A program made the position numbers and the translations under genes. Below, in pieces: positions 29,873-42,100 of a stretch of 64,000 nucleotides of DNA. The DNA is from Bacillota bacterium. GTDB taxonomy: Bacteria > Bacillota > Clostridia > Lachnospirales > Lachnospiraceae. Below the pieces are notes generated by a model, which worked only from the letters and a program-made list of their open reading frames with translations, was not told the origin of the DNA and made no database searches. Numbering within the stretch: the first letter of the stretch is position 1; every line of letters starts with the position of its first letter. Location: positions 24,922 to 88,921 of the forward strand of contig JAEZGK010000003.1 in the NCBI GenBank assembly GCA_023437365.1. Reading direction: 5' to 3'.

Positions 29873-30509
29873 GATAACCGATCAAGTGATATTTGAAGAG
29901 ATTACAAATCATTTGCTGAAGGATGAAAAGCCCTCCCAATTTATGATGGAGCTGTCCGATCGAAAAGAGTTTATGGTATATCCGCTTAGCCTTCTTGCTA
30001 AACTAAAGGCTACGGAGCAGTCCCCCAAATATCATGCGGAGGGCAATGCTTGGAACCATACGATGCTGGTTATTGATGAAGCGGCAAGGGTCAGAATCAA
30101 AAGTAAGGACCCCTTGGTTTTTATGTGGGCTGCATTGCTGCATGATATCGGAAAGCCGGTAACAACGAAAGTAAGGAAGGACAGAATAACCTCCTACGAA
30201 CATGATATCGCCGGGGAACAGCTTTGTAGAGAATTTCTGGAAGAGTTCTGTCTGGAGGAGAGTTTTATACAATCTGTTTCTGCGATGGTAAGGTACCACA
30301 TGCACATGCTTTATGTTCTTCGCAGGCTTCCATACTCCGACTTAATGGGGCTGTTACGGAAGGTTGATGTGGATGAACTGGCTTTATTATGTCTGTGTGA
30401 CCGACTAGGGAGAAAGGGAGCAGAGGTTGCGACCGAGTGGAAGGAATACGATGAGTTTCTGAAGCTTTTACGGTACAGTCTGGATAATTCCAAGGATGAG
30501 ATCTGTTAA
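29865..30509 (+). CDS. HDIG domain phosphohydrolase
   Basis: QSPKYHAEGNAWNHT, ALLHDIGKP, YHM, CDRLGR. Confidence 0.88.
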   Translation: MIKITDQVIFEEITNHLLKDEKPSQFMMELSDRKEFMVYPLSLLAKLKATEQSPKYHAEGNAWNHTMLVIDEAARVRIKSKDPLVFMWAALLHDIGKPVTTKVRKDRITSYEHDIAGEQLCREFLEEFCLEESFIQSVSAMVRYHMHMLYVLRRLPYSDLMGLLRKVDVDELALLCLCDRLGRKGAEVATEWKEYDEFLKLLRYSLDNSKDEIC

Positions 30510-30833
30510 AATATTTTATGTAACTCATGGCTTAATAACGGATACTGTGCATAGTTATGCAAAAAAAGTTGCGCTCGGCATAGTATGAACAGATCCGTTA
30601 TTAAGTTTTTTTGCTTATTCAATTATATGGTCAAAGAGGCATATACAGGAAAAAGACACATCAGGTAATTACATATAATAAATAGTGACAATTTATATTG
30701 ATTATGACGAAATATGAAGTGCAGAGTATATTCATAAAAATATTGCTGGATTTTTTGGGTCCTGTACATTATAATGATAGCTAAATATTTATCATTATTA
30801 GTATTTTTGTATACAGAAAGAGGTTAACGTAAA

Positions 30834-31739
30834 ATGGCTGAGAACTATATTTACTCTATCGTCAAGAAGGAAAGTCTGGCTAATTCTATTTATCTTATGG
30901 ACATTAAAGCTCCCAGAGTAGCAAAAAACTGTTATCCTGGACAGTTTGTCATAGTGAAGATGGATGAAAAGGGTGAAAGAATTCCTCTTACGATTTGTGA
31001 CTATGATCGGGAAGCCGGAACAGTTACGATTGTATTTCAAGCACTCGGGTCTTCCACTAAAGTAATGGCTACATATGAAGAAGGAGAAGCCTTTCGTGAT
31101 TTTACGGGACCTTTGGGTCATAAATCCGAGCTGATCGATATGCCCCGCGAAGAGGTATTAAAGAAAAATATTTTATTTGTTGCCGGAGGCGTCGGTGCGG
31201 CTCCTGTCTATCCTCAGGTAAAGTGGATGAAGGAGAACGGATATGATGTGGATTGTATCATCGGAGCAAGAAATAAGGATTTAATCATCCTTGAGGACCG
31301 GATGAGACTCCAAACGAAAAATCTCTATATCACAACAGATGACGGTTCTTATGGTTTTCACGGGAATGTGAACGACTGCATTAAGGATCTGGTAAATAAT
31401 CAGGGTAAAAAATATGATCTTGTCATAGCAATAGGACCGATGATTATGATGAAGTTCGTATGTATCCTGACCAAGGAACTGGGAATTAAGACTATCGTAA
31501 GCATGAATCCGGTCATGGTTGACGGTACCGGAATGTGTGGTGCCTGCCGCCTGACAATCGGAAATGAAGTTAAATTCGCATGCGTAGATGGACCTGAGTT
31601 TGACGGACATCTGGTTAATTTTGATGAAGCCATGAAGAGACTTCAGATGTATAGATCAGAGGAAGGTAAAACTGTTCTTAGGGAGAGAGAGGGTGCTACC
31701 CATCATCATCCCGACTGCGAATGCAGTGAGAACGATTGA
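30834..31739 (+). CDS. nfnA: Electron-bifurcating transhydrogenase small subunit (NfnA/SudB-like)
   Basis: GERIPLTI, GPLG, MVDGTGMCGACR, CVDGPEFDGH. Confidence 0.9.
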   Translation: MAENYIYSIVKKESLANSIYLMDIKAPRVAKNCYPGQFVIVKMDEKGERIPLTICDYDREAGTVTIVFQALGSSTKVMATYEEGEAFRDFTGPLGHKSELIDMPREEVLKKNILFVAGGVGAAPVYPQVKWMKENGYDVDCIIGARNKDLIILEDRMRLQTKNLYITTDDGSYGFHGNVNDCIKDLVNNQGKKYDLVIAIGPMIMMKFVCILTKELGIKTIVSMNPVMVDGTGMCGACRLTIGNEVKFACVDGPEFDGHLVNFDEAMKRLQMYRSEEGKTVLREREGATHHHPDCECSEND

Positions 31740-31780
31740 TAATTGGATTTTGCCGCAAAACGGTGTTTGGAGGATGAATC

Positions 31781-33166
31781 ATGGATGTTTTGAAAAAGGT
31801 GCCTGTAAGGGAGCAGAACCCCAAGGTGAGAGCAACCAATTTCAACGAGGTATGCCTTGGTTATAATATGGAAGAAGCGATGGAAGAGGCTTCCCGCTGT
31901 ATCCAATGCAAGAATGCGAAATGTATCTCCGGATGTCCTGTTAGTATTGACATTCCGGGTTTCATAAAAGAAATTAAGGAAGGCAATGCAGAGGAAGCCT
32001 TCCGGGTAATCGGTAAATACTCAGCTCTTCCGGCTGTCTGTGGCAGGGTTTGCCCTCAGGAATCTCAATGTGAGGAAAGATGTATCCGCGGTATTAAGGG
32101 TGATCCTGTTTCTATCGGAAAGCTGGAACGTTTTGCTGCAGACTGGGCGAGGGAGCATAATATCAAGCCCGAGCCTCCGACAGAGAGGAACGGAAGAAAG
32201 GTTGCAATTATCGGTTCCGGTCCGGCCGGACTAACCTGTGCCGGAGATTTGGCTAAGATGGGGTATGATGTCACCATCTTTGAAGCCCTTCATGAACCGG
32301 GCGGAGTTCTTGTCTACGGAATTCCGGAATTCAGACTTCCGAAGGATACCGTAGTCAGGGCTGAGATTGAAAACGTAAAATCACTTGGTGTGAAGATAGA
32401 GACAAATGTCATCATCGGTAAATCTACTCTGATTGACGAACTGATGGAGGAAGAAGGCTTTGAGGCCGTATTTATCGGTTCGGGTGCAGGACTTCCGAAG
32501 TTTATGGGAATACCTGGAGAGAATGCCAACGGAGTATTTTCGGCAAATGAGTATCTTACACGAAGTAATTTGATGAAGGCTTTTGATGACAGCTATGATA
32601 CACCTATTATTGCGGGGAAGAAGGTTGCAGTTGTCGGCGGCGGTAATGTAGCCATGGATGCAGCCAGGACAGCACTCAGGCTTGGGGCAGAAGTATACAT
32701 TGTTTACCGAAGAAGCGAAGCTGAGCTTCCTGCCAGAGTGGAAGAAGTACATCATGCGAAAGAAGAGGGTATTATCTTCAAGTTGTTAACTAATCCGAAG
32801 GAAATACTTGTGAACGAGAACGGCTGGGTATCCGGTATGCGTTGCGTTGAGATGGAGCTTGGCGCACCGGACGAAAGCGGAAGAAGAAGACCGGTGGAAA
32901 AAGCCGGATCGGAATTCGTACTGGAGCTTGACACGGTGATCATGTCTCTTGGGACCAGCCCGAATCCACTGATATCTTCGACAACAAATGGCTTAGAGAC
33001 GGACAAGCATAAGTGCATCATCGCAGATGAAGAGACCGGTTTGACATCACGGGAAGGTGTTTTTGCCGGAGGCGATGCGGTTACAGGAGCAGCAACAGTT
33101 ATTCTCGCAATGGGAGCAGGCAAGGCAGCAGCTGCAGGAATTGACAAGTACCTGAAATCGAAATAA
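31781..33166 (+). CDS. nfnB: Transhydrogenase large subunit (NfnB/SudA; glutamate synthase beta-like)
   Basis: RCIQCK..CISGCP, CGRVCPQESQCE, GSGPAG, GGGNVAMD. Confidence 0.9.
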   Translation: MDVLKKVPVREQNPKVRATNFNEVCLGYNMEEAMEEASRCIQCKNAKCISGCPVSIDIPGFIKEIKEGNAEEAFRVIGKYSALPAVCGRVCPQESQCEERCIRGIKGDPVSIGKLERFAADWAREHNIKPEPPTERNGRKVAIIGSGPAGLTCAGDLAKMGYDVTIFEALHEPGGVLVYGIPEFRLPKDTVVRAEIENVKSLGVKIETNVIIGKSTLIDELMEEEGFEAVFIGSGAGLPKFMGIPGENANGVFSANEYLTRSNLMKAFDDSYDTPIIAGKKVAVVGGGNVAMDAARTALRLGAEVYIVYRRSEAELPARVEEVHHAKEEGIIFKLLTNPKEILVNENGWVSGMRCVEMELGAPDESGRRRPVEKAGSEFVLELDTVIMSLGTSPNPLISSTTNGLETDKHKCIIADEETGLTSREGVFAGGDAVTGAATVILAMGAGKAAAAGIDKYLKSK

Positions 33167-33205
33167 CAAAGGAAAATACGTTTTGGGGAACGTATTGGAG
33201 GACTT

Positions 33206-34753
33206 ATGGGATATTTTATGATTAGCCAATTTGTCGGAATTGCTATTCTAGTGGCAATAGTAGTTTTAATTATCTTATTTATTGTAATCGCATTCCGATT
33301 AAGAAGTCTGAAAAAGGAAAAAAGCCTGATAGATCAGGAAAATCAACTGGTGAAAGAGCGTAATCAGGAGCTTGAGGAGATTTATGATTCTGCTATTGCT
33401 TCTCTGAATGATCTAACCGGCAAGTATGATGAATTAAATAAGAACAAGGAAAGCATGAAGAAGCTGGCATACACGGATTACCTTACGGAGTTGCCAAACA
33501 GAACTGCATTTACAGAAATGCTGGATAACATCATGCTTACGCTGCGCAGTGAAGAGACAATAGGAATTATGGACATTGATATTGATAATTTTAAAAACAT
33601 CAATGATTCCTTGGGGCATTCCTATGGTGACGAGCTTTTAATTGATGTAACCTATCGACTAAAGCAGGCAATGGACGAGAATGATTATCTAGCCAGAATC
33701 GGCGGGGACGAGTTTGTTGTACTGACTCAGAATCTGAAGGATACCGCTACTTATGAAGAGAAAATCAAAAAGATCAGAAATGTGTTTAGTTATCCCTTTA
33801 TTCTGTCTACGAAGGAATACTTTGTCACCGTTAGTATCGGTGTGGCTTTTGCACCAAAGGACGGTAAGAGCTCCCAGGCATTGATTAAGAACGTGGATTC
33901 TGCTATGTATGCAGCTAAGGCAAATGGTAAGAACACACATGTTTATTTTGACTATTCCTTCAACCAGAAGTTAACCGAGAAGATAGAGACGCAGTCAGAG
34001 CTTCGTAAAGCGATCGAACGCGAGGAATTCATCCTGTTCTATCAAGCTCAGATGAATCTGGAAACTATGCAGGTAGTGGGTTTTGAGGCTTTGATTCGAT
34101 GGAATCATCCTACAAAAGGACTGGTAGCTCCGGATGAATTCATTCATCTGGCAGAGGAAACAGGCTTGATCATACCGATTGGCAAATGGGTTCTTAAGAC
34201 AGCCTGCTCTCAACTGAAGCAGTGGTCTTCCGAATTCCCGAACATAAGCATGGCTGTTAATCTGTCAGCAAGACAGTTCAAAGACAGGGATATCGTTAAG
34301 ATTGTCTACGATGTCATAGAGGAAACAGGGATTAACCCCAGCAATTTGGAACTTGAGATTACGGAAAGCATAGCACTGGATGACATTGATTATACGATTT
34401 CTACTATTCAGGAGCTTAGAAAGATGGGTGTAAATTTCTCATTAGATGATTTCGGTACAGGATATTCCTCTATGAATTATCTGAAACGTCTTCCGGTCAG
34501 CAATCTAAAAATAGATAAAAGCTTTCTTAATACGGTAATGGAAGACCGCAGTGACCAAAAGATTATTCAGACCATAATTACTCTGGCAAGAAATCTTAAT
34601 CTGGATGTCATCGCCGAGGGTGTAGAGAACTTCGATCAGGAAATCTTCTTAAAGGAAGCTAATTGTGACAAGGCGCAGGGGTACCTGTACAGCAAACCTG
34701 TTCCTAAGGAGATGGCTGTTCAGTTCCTGAAAAATAATGATTTTCTGCTCTAA
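33206..34753 (+). CDS. Membrane-anchored GGDEF-EAL protein
   Basis: N-terminal TM, coiled coil, [20 protein letters not shown]. Confidence 0.95.
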   Translation: MGYFMISQFVGIAILVAIVVLIILFIVIAFRLRSLKKEKSLIDQENQLVKERNQELEEIYDSAIASLNDLTGKYDELNKNKESMKKLAYTDYLTELPNRTAFTEMLDNIMLTLRSEETIGIMDIDIDNFKNINDSLGHSYGDELLIDVTYRLKQAMDENDYLARIGGDEFVVLTQNLKDTATYEEKIKKIRNVFSYPFILSTKEYFVTVSIGVAFAPKDGKSSQALIKNVDSAMYAAKANGKNTHVYFDYSFNQKLTEKIETQSELRKAIEREEFILFYQAQMNLETMQVVGFEALIRWNHPTKGLVAPDEFIHLAEETGLIIPIGKWVLKTACSQLKQWSSEFPNISMAVNLSARQFKDRDIVKIVYDVIEETGINPSNLELEITESIALDDIDYTISTIQELRKMGVNFSLDDFGTGYSSMNYLKRLPVSNLKIDKSFLNTVMEDRSDQKIIQTIITLARNLNLDVIAEGVENFDQEIFLKEANCDKAQGYLYSKPVPKEMAVQFLKNNDFLL

Positions 34754-34774
34754 ACCGGAAAAGGAGATTTTATA

Positions 34775-35557
34775 ATGCGAAGCAACAGGAGGTTAAGCAT
34801 ACCGGCGATATTCATTACTGTTCAGGCAGTATTGTATGCGGGCTTTCTAGCTTTAGATCTAACAAACAAGGGCATCGGGACCTCCGTAACCTTAAAGTAT
34901 AGTATTATACTTCTGTGCTTTTGCTATGCGCTTATGAGTGCAAGCAAAAGCACTTTTTATTTGATGCAGACAGCCTTACTCTTTACAGCGATCTCTGATC
35001 TTTTTATCCTTGTGCTCGATTATTATTTCTATGGTGTCCTCACCTTCATCGTAGTGCAGGAGCTTTACAGCCTGCGTCTTCTGATACTGCTTTCCGGAGG
35101 AAGGGAGCTAGACGGTGCTATCGGTGGCCGAGGAAGGAGAATTACCGCTGCTTTTCTGAAAAGAAGCCTGCTTCAGCTGTTGGCAGCACTTGCGGTTTGT
35201 CTGATTCTTAGCTTGACAGGTGTGATGTTGGAGGGACTCTTGATTGTCAGCATATTCTATTTTATCTGTATCCTTACCAATGTTATTACTGCTTTTTCTC
35301 TGGTGAAGCACCGGCCCGGAACAAAGGGTAATCTGATTTATGCTATTGGTATGCTGTTATTTCTACTCTGCGATATTAATGTGGGGTTATTCAATCTTTC
35401 TGGTTTCATTCCGATGCAGGAGGAGGTTTATGCAATTTTATATTCTGCTTCCTCTATTCTGATGTGGACCTTCTATGCACCTGCCCAGGTCCTGATTGCT
35501 ATCAGCAGCAGGTACGAAAAAGGCAGGGACTTTGACATATCTGACAAAAATTCTTAA
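34775..35557 (+). CDS. YhhN-like (lysoplasmalogenase family) membrane protein
   Basis: TAISDLF, LFLLCDINV, WTFYAPAQVLI; multiple TM segments. Confidence 0.7.
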   Translation: MRSNRRLSIPAIFITVQAVLYAGFLALDLTNKGIGTSVTLKYSIILLCFCYALMSASKSTFYLMQTALLFTAISDLFILVLDYYFYGVLTFIVVQELYSLRLLILLSGGRELDGAIGGRGRRITAAFLKRSLLQLLAALAVCLILSLTGVMLEGLLIVSIFYFICILTNVITAFSLVKHRPGTKGNLIYAIGMLLFLLCDINVGLFNLSGFIPMQEEVYAILYSASSILMWTFYAPAQVLIAISSRYEKGRDFDISDKNS

Positions 35558-35691
35558 AAAGTTTATGTAAAAATATGACATATATTTTCTTGCCAATCGG
35601 ACAGGAGTTTGATAATATGTTTTTAAGTAATCAATGATTAAGCTATCTGCTGCTACAAATTATCTCATAGGCATAGCTGTTATTCCTTCTA

Positions 35692-35872
35692 TAGAAGTAT
35701 TCGATTAAGCAGTACTCGATTTAAGCAGTACTCGATTAGGAAGTACTCGATTCAGAAGTACTCGATTAAGCAGTACTCGATTCAGAAGTATTCGATTAAG
35801 CAGTACTCAGTAAAAGAGTACTCGATTAAGAGACTCTCGAGAAAGAAGCACTCGATTCAGAAATGTTCTATT
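35692..35872. repeat. Minisatellite, 12 x 15 bp, consensus AAG(C/A)AGTACTCGATT
   Basis: Directly visible; decays at the 3' end. Confidence 0.95.
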
Positions 35873-36012
35873 AAATCCTTAGTTTTTCTATCCTATCACA
35901 GTTCTTAATTCATTTTCTTCATTACTACCCCATTTATCACAAAATTATTTCCGTTTCAGTTACTCATACTGGGTGTATTTCACCTAATTTAAATATCAAG
36001 GAGGATCACAAT

Positions 36013-36954
36013 ATGGTACAAGTGGTAAGAGAAACCACCTCGGAATATGGTTATTTTGTTCAAACGCTTATGTCAATGGTGTCAAAACATATGGGAAAGG
36101 AGTATACAGCCAGCATATATAAGGTGATGAAGAATAATTCCTTGGAATTGGATAGCCTGGTATTATTAAAGGAAGGAAAAAGCTTTGCTCCCAATATCTA
36201 TCTGCAGCCATATTTTGAGGCATATAAGCAGGGGGTCTGTCTGAGTGAGCTTAGCGAAAGACTATGCAGGATTTATGAGGAGTACAATACTCCTGTTATA
36301 AGTCAGGATTTTAACTTCACCTTTCAGGAGATGAAGGAATACATCGTCTACAGGGTGATCAGTTATGAGCGTAATCAAAAGCTTCTGGAGCGGGTACCAC
36401 ATCTTAGGTTTATGGATCTGGCAATTACCTACCATTGCCTGATCCGGGATGATAAAGATGGGATCGGAACGATCAGAATCACAAATGAGCATATGAAAAT
36501 GTGGAACAAGGGATGGAAGGATATTCATGACCATGCATCAGCGAATACACAGCGGTTATTCCCGGAGGTAATCAGTAGTATGGAGGAGCTCCTTTGCGGT
36601 ATGCTCCTTGAGGAAGGAGACAATAGTCTGACTGCAGCTCAGCTGATTGAGAAGCCTGGAGAAATGCACACCAATATGTATATCCTGACCAACGAGAAAG
36701 GGATTAACGGAGCGGCCTGCCTCCTATATCCTGAAGTGCTGGGAGAATTTGCGAAGCGCTTTGGCTCGGATATGTATATCTTCCCCAGCAGTATTCATGA
36801 AGTTATACTGGTTCCGACTGACAATACGAACAATAGCAGGCAATATGTTAGTATGGTCAAAGAAATCAATGATACCCAGGTGGCACCGGAGGAGGTTCTG
36901 TCAGATCATATCTATTATTATTCCAGAAAGAGTGGTTTAAGCATCTTGGAATAA
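36013..36954 (+). CDS. DUF5688 family protein
   Basis: KNNSLELD, APNIYL, DLAITY, MYILTN..INGA, PSSIHEVI, EEVLSDHIYYY. Confidence 0.85.
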   Translation: MVQVVRETTSEYGYFVQTLMSMVSKHMGKEYTASIYKVMKNNSLELDSLVLLKEGKSFAPNIYLQPYFEAYKQGVCLSELSERLCRIYEEYNTPVISQDFNFTFQEMKEYIVYRVISYERNQKLLERVPHLRFMDLAITYHCLIRDDKDGIGTIRITNEHMKMWNKGWKDIHDHASANTQRLFPEVISSMEELLCGMLLEEGDNSLTAAQLIEKPGEMHTNMYILTNEKGINGAACLLYPEVLGEFAKRFGSDMYIFPSSIHEVILVPTDNTNNSRQYVSMVKEINDTQVAPEEVLSDHIYYYSRKSGLSILE

Positions 36955-37094
36955 CTTTGACTTACCATTGTTTCCCTAGGTCAGTTTAGTTGACATAATG
37001 CATTGTAATTGGTAGCATTAAGGGTGGGTAGTTGTACATAATGTACAAATCATCCTAATACACAACTAAACTACAGACGAAGGAGTGACATATT

Positions 37095-38738
37095 ATGGAG
37101 AGATTACAAAAGAGGATTTTCAAAGTAAGAATATGGCTTGCATTGCTTTTGATTATGGCAGTAGCAGCCAATGGGGTAGCGGCCGCAACAGCATATGCAA
37201 AGCCGGTCAAAAAAGACAAAACAGCTCCCTCAGCACCGCAAAATCTACATATAACTTCTGTGACAGATACCTCAGTAGCTCTCTCATGGAATGTCTCGAC
37301 GGATAATGTCAAGGTTACATATTATGAAATCTATAAGAACAGAATCTTAATCGGCACATCAACGACTGTCTCATACCTGTCATCCGGATTAACTCCAAAC
37401 ACTTCCTATAGTTTTTATATTGTCGCAAAGGATGCGGCTAATAACAGTTCGGCAAAGAGTAATATACTCAACGTAACAACTACAACACCGGCACCCACGG
37501 CGACCCCAATTCCAACAGTGACCCCTGCGCCCACGGCGACCCCTGCACCGACAGCGACCCCTGTGCCCACGGCGACACCGGCACCGACGGCGACCCCTGC
37601 GCCCACGGCGACCCCTGCACCGACAGCGACCCCAATTCCCACAGTGACCCCTACACCGACGGTAACGCCTGCTCCAACAGGTTCTCCTACAAAGCTAGTT
37701 GGTTATTATGCTGCCTGGGCAGCATATTCAGGCTATACGCCTGATAAAATAGACGCATCGAAGCTGACACATATCAACTATGCTTTTGCTAATATTGGGA
37801 GTGATTTAAAGATAGCACTGGGCTATCCGGATGTGGATGCGTCTAATCTGGCAAAATTGAAAGCCTTAAAGCAGATAAATCCTAATTTAAAAATTGTGAT
37901 TGCGGTTGGTGGCTGGTCCTGGTCGGGTAGATTCTCAGACGCAGCCCTGACGGATGCTTCCAGAACTACTTTTGCGGATAGCTGCGTAGCCTTTCTTGTA
38001 AAATACGGATTGGATGGTGTGGATATTGATTGGGAGTACCCGGTGAGCGGTGGATTATCGACCAATATAAGAAGACCTGAGGATAAGACTAACTTTACCC
38101 TTCTGATGCAGAAGCTAAGGGAGAAACTCGACCTTCAGGAGGCTGTCGACGGGAAACAGTATATCCTCAGCTTCGCTGGAGCAGCTGGAAGCTGGTATCT
38201 GAATAATATTGAATTAAATAAGCTGCAGCAATATGTGGATTATGTGAACCTGATGACCTATGATCTTCATGGCACCTGGGATCGATATACGGATTTCAAT
38301 GCACCCCTTTATAATAACAGTGATTCGTCCCCGCAGTATAAGGATAGTGTGGATCAGTCCGTCAGAACCTGGCTTGCAGCGGGTTTCCCGTCAGATAAGC
38401 TGATCATGGGAGTGCCCTTTTACGGATATATCTATAAGGCAGTGGCAAATACCAATTATGGATTGTACCAGACCTATTCCGGAGCTCAATCCATCAATTA
38501 TTCCAATATTGTTGCTAATTATCTGAATGCACCCGGATTTATCCGCTATTTCCATTCGGAATCAAAGGTTCCGTGGTTGTTCAACGGATCTACCTTTATT
38601 ACCTATGAGGATGAGGAATCAATGGGGCTCAAGGCAGCTTTTATTAAGACAAAGGGGCTGGGAGGAGCGATGATCTGGGAGCTTAGCCAGGATCCAAACA
38701 AAGTGCTTTTGAAAGCATTATATAACGGATTAAAGTAG
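37095..38738 (+). CDS. Secreted GH18 chitinase-like enzyme with FN3 domain and Pro/Thr linker
   Basis: Signal peptide, FN3 ([16 protein letters not shown]), (PTATPA)n linker, [11 protein letters not shown] catalytic motif. Confidence 0.95.
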   Translation: MERLQKRIFKVRIWLALLLIMAVAANGVAAATAYAKPVKKDKTAPSAPQNLHITSVTDTSVALSWNVSTDNVKVTYYEIYKNRILIGTSTTVSYLSSGLTPNTSYSFYIVAKDAANNSSAKSNILNVTTTTPAPTATPIPTVTPAPTATPAPTATPVPTATPAPTATPAPTATPAPTATPIPTVTPTPTVTPAPTGSPTKLVGYYAAWAAYSGYTPDKIDASKLTHINYAFANIGSDLKIALGYPDVDASNLAKLKALKQINPNLKIVIAVGGWSWSGRFSDAALTDASRTTFADSCVAFLVKYGLDGVDIDWEYPVSGGLSTNIRRPEDKTNFTLLMQKLREKLDLQEAVDGKQYILSFAGAAGSWYLNNIELNKLQQYVDYVNLMTYDLHGTWDRYTDFNAPLYNNSDSSPQYKDSVDQSVRTWLAAGFPSDKLIMGVPFYGYIYKAVANTNYGLYQTYSGAQSINYSNIVANYLNAPGFIRYFHSESKVPWLFNGSTFITYEDEESMGLKAAFIKTKGLGGAMIWELSQDPNKVLLKALYNGLK

Positions 38739-39110
38739 CAGGAGAATAATAGGCAAACTTACCGGGGCCCTTGCAGTATGAATGGATCAACTGAAGCAGC
38801 CCCGGTTTTTGGCGAAACATGGTAGTTTTTATCCCTTTCATAAAATTAATAACTTTTTTTATGAGAAATTTATATGATTATACATTTTTTCTGTTTCAAT
38901 ATTTTTTACAATGTGCTATAATAATGAATCGAGCAATAAAATCATATATTGATTCTCATCGATTTGGTTCAATTGGTGGTAAAAGTACCCCACGCACAAG
39001 CTGAATATTTTATTGCTGTTGCAGGAGCTTGAGGCGATTTCGTGTATTCATTTTGTGCGTGTGATACTTTATCACAGGAACCAGGTAGAAAATTTAAGGA
39101 GGACATTTCA

Positions 39111-42100
39111 ATGGCAAGGAAAATGAAAACAATGGATGGTAATAATGCAGCGGCACACGTGTCATATGCATTTACCGATGTTGCAGCAATCTATCCTATC
39201 ACACCTAGCTCCGTTATGGCTGAAGTAACTGATAAATGGTCAGCAGAAGGCAAAAAGAACATTTTCGGACAAGAGGTTAAGGTAGTTGAGATGCAGTCTG
39301 AAGCAGGAGCAGCCGGTACAGTACACGGTTCTTTGGCAGCAGGTGCTTTAACAACAACTTTCACGGCATCCCAAGGTTTATTACTTATGATACCTAATAT
39401 GTATAAGATCGCGGGTGAATTACTTCCGGGCGTAATCAACGTATCCGCTCGTGCGGTAGCAAGCCACGCATTATCCATCTTCGGTGATCACTCTGATATT
39501 TATGCTTGTCGTCAGACCGGCTTTGCACTTTTAGCTAGCAGTAATCCACAGGAGGTTATGGACTTAGGTGCCGTAGCACATCTTGCTGCGATTAAGGGAA
39601 GAGTACCTTTCTTACATTTCTTCGACGGTTTCAGAACCTCTCATGAGATTCAGAAGATTGAAGCATGGGATTATGAGGATCTGAAGGATATGGTTGATAT
39701 GGATGCAGTTGAAGCATTCCGTCACAATGCATTAAATCCTGAGCATCCCGTACTTCGCGGTTCTGCTCAGAACCCTGATGTATTCTTCCAGGCAAGAGAA
39801 GCTTGCAATACATATTATGATGCTCTTCCTGCTATCGTTGAAGAGTACATGGATAAGGTTAACGCTAAGCTTGGCACAGATTATAAGCTGTTCAATTACT
39901 ATGGTGCAGCAGATGCTGAGCATATCATTATCGCTATGGGCTCTGTTAATGATACCATCGAAGAGACCATTGATTTCATGAATGCTAACGGAGCTAAGGT
40001 AGGTCTTGTTAAGGTTCGTCTGTATCGTCCTTTCCGTGCTGACCGCTTACTCGAAGCAATTCCTGTAACCGTGAAGAAGATTTCCGTTCTTGACAGAACC
40101 AAGGAGCCCGGCGCACTTGGCGAGCCTTTATACTTAGATGTTGTAACAGCATTAAAGGACAGCAAGTTTGCTAATATTCCTGTATTCAACGGCCGTTACG
40201 GTTTAGGCTCCAAGAATACTACACCTGCACAGATTATTGCAGTATATAAGAATACCGAGAAGAAGACCTTCACTATCGGTATCAAGGATGATGTTACTAA
40301 CTTATCTCTTGATATCACGGAAAACCCCAATACTACTCCCGAAGGAACCATCAGCTGCAAGTTCTGGGGTCTTGGTGCAGACGGTACTGTAGGTGCGAAT
40401 AAGAACTCCATTAAGATCATTGGTGATCATACCAATATGTACGCTCAGGCTTACTTTGATTATGACTCCAAGAAGTCCGGTGGTGTTACTATGTCCCACT
40501 TAAGATTTGGTAAGAAGCCCATTAAGTCTACTTATCTGATCACAGAAGCTGACTTTGTAGCATGTCATAATCCTTCCTATGTAAGAAAATATAACATGGT
40601 TCAGGAGATTAAGAAGGGCGGTACCTTCTTATTGAATTGCGGCTGGGATATGGAAGAGCTCGAGAAGCATCTGCCCGGGCAGGTTAAGCGTTATATCGCT
40701 GAAAACAACATTAAGTTCTATACGATTGATGGTATCAGCATTGGTAAGGAGATCGGTTTGGGCGGACGTATCAATACGGTTCTTCAGGCTGCTTTCTTCA
40801 AGCTTGCTAACATCATTCCTGTAGAAGAAGCTGTGAAATATATGAAAGACGCTGCAACAGCATCCTACGGTAAGAAGGGTGAAGCTATCGTTAAGATGAA
40901 CCATGATGCGATCGACCGCGGACTTACAGGCCTCAATGAGATTAATGTTCCTGAGAGCTGGAAGAACGCTCAGGATGAGGAAATCTTAATCAAGGTTACT
41001 GACGGTAGAAAAGAAGTAGTAGATTTCGTTAACAATATCTTAACTCCTGTAAATGCTCAGCAGGGTAACGATCTTCCTGTATCTGCATTTGCAAATTCTG
41101 CTGACGGAACCTTACCTCAGGGCTCATCTGCTTATGAGAAGCGCGGTATCGCAGTAGATGTTCCGGAATGGAATCCTGATAATTGTATCCAGTGTAACTT
41201 CTGTTCCTATGTATGTCCTCATGCTGTTATCCGTCCGGTTGCTATGACCGCAGAGGAAGCTGCTAAGGCTCCTGCTGGAACCAAGAAGATTGCTATGACC
41301 GGTGTTCCCGGCTTAGAGTTTGCTATGACTGTTTCTTCACTTGACTGTATGGGCTGCGGTTCCTGTGCGAACGTATGTCCCGGTAAGAAGGGTGAAAAGG
41401 CACTTGTTATGAAGCCTCTTGATACACAGTTCGCTGAGCAGAAGGTATTTGAATATGGTCTGACCTTAGCAGAGAAGCCTGAGGTTGCTGAGAAGTTCAA
41501 GGATGTAACCGTAAAGGGAAGCCAGTTCAAGCAGCCGTTACTTGAATTCTCCGGCGCTTGTGCAGGTTGTGGCGAGACACCTTATGCTAAGTTAGCAACT
41601 CAGCTGTTCGGTGACAGAATGTTCATTTCCAATGCAACAGGATGTTCCTCTATCTGGGGTGGTTCCTATCCTTCCACACCTTATACAGTAAATAAAGAAG
41701 GACACGGTCCTGCATGGGCTAACTCCTTATTCGAGGATAATGCTGAGTATGGCTACGGTATGTATCTTGCACAGCAGGCATTAAGAGACAGAGTAAAGGA
41801 AAAGGTAGAAGCTCTTGCAGCATCTACAAGCAAGGAAGAGGTTAAGGCAGCTGCTGAGAGATATCTTACAACCTATACCAATGGTCGTGAGAATGCAGGT
41901 GCAACCAGAGCTCTCGTAAGAGTATTAGAAGCTTGCGATTGTGCAGAAGGCAAGGATATCTTAAAGGATAAGGAATTCCTGTCCAAGAAATCCCAGTGGA
42001 TCCTCGGTGGTGACGGTTGGGCATATGATATCGGCTTCGGCGGTCTGGATCATGTCATTGCTAGTGGTCAGGATGTTAATATCTTAGTATTTGATACCGA

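Noticed and set aside
31781..33166. Glutamate synthase small subunit
   Set aside because: No gltB nearby; pairing with an NfnA-like gene indicates NfnAB.
35692..35872. CRISPR array
   Set aside because: Units are contiguous 15-mers with no unique spacers, and there are no cas genes in the window.
37415..37642. (GAGVAV)n ORF
   Set aside because: Antisense shadow of the chitinase Pro/Thr linker.
38750..38810. c-di-GMP-I riboswitch (GGCAAAC start)
   Set aside because: No GAAA tetraloop or GCAAAG elements; the ACCGGGGC/GCCCCGGT-T run fits the chitinase terminator.
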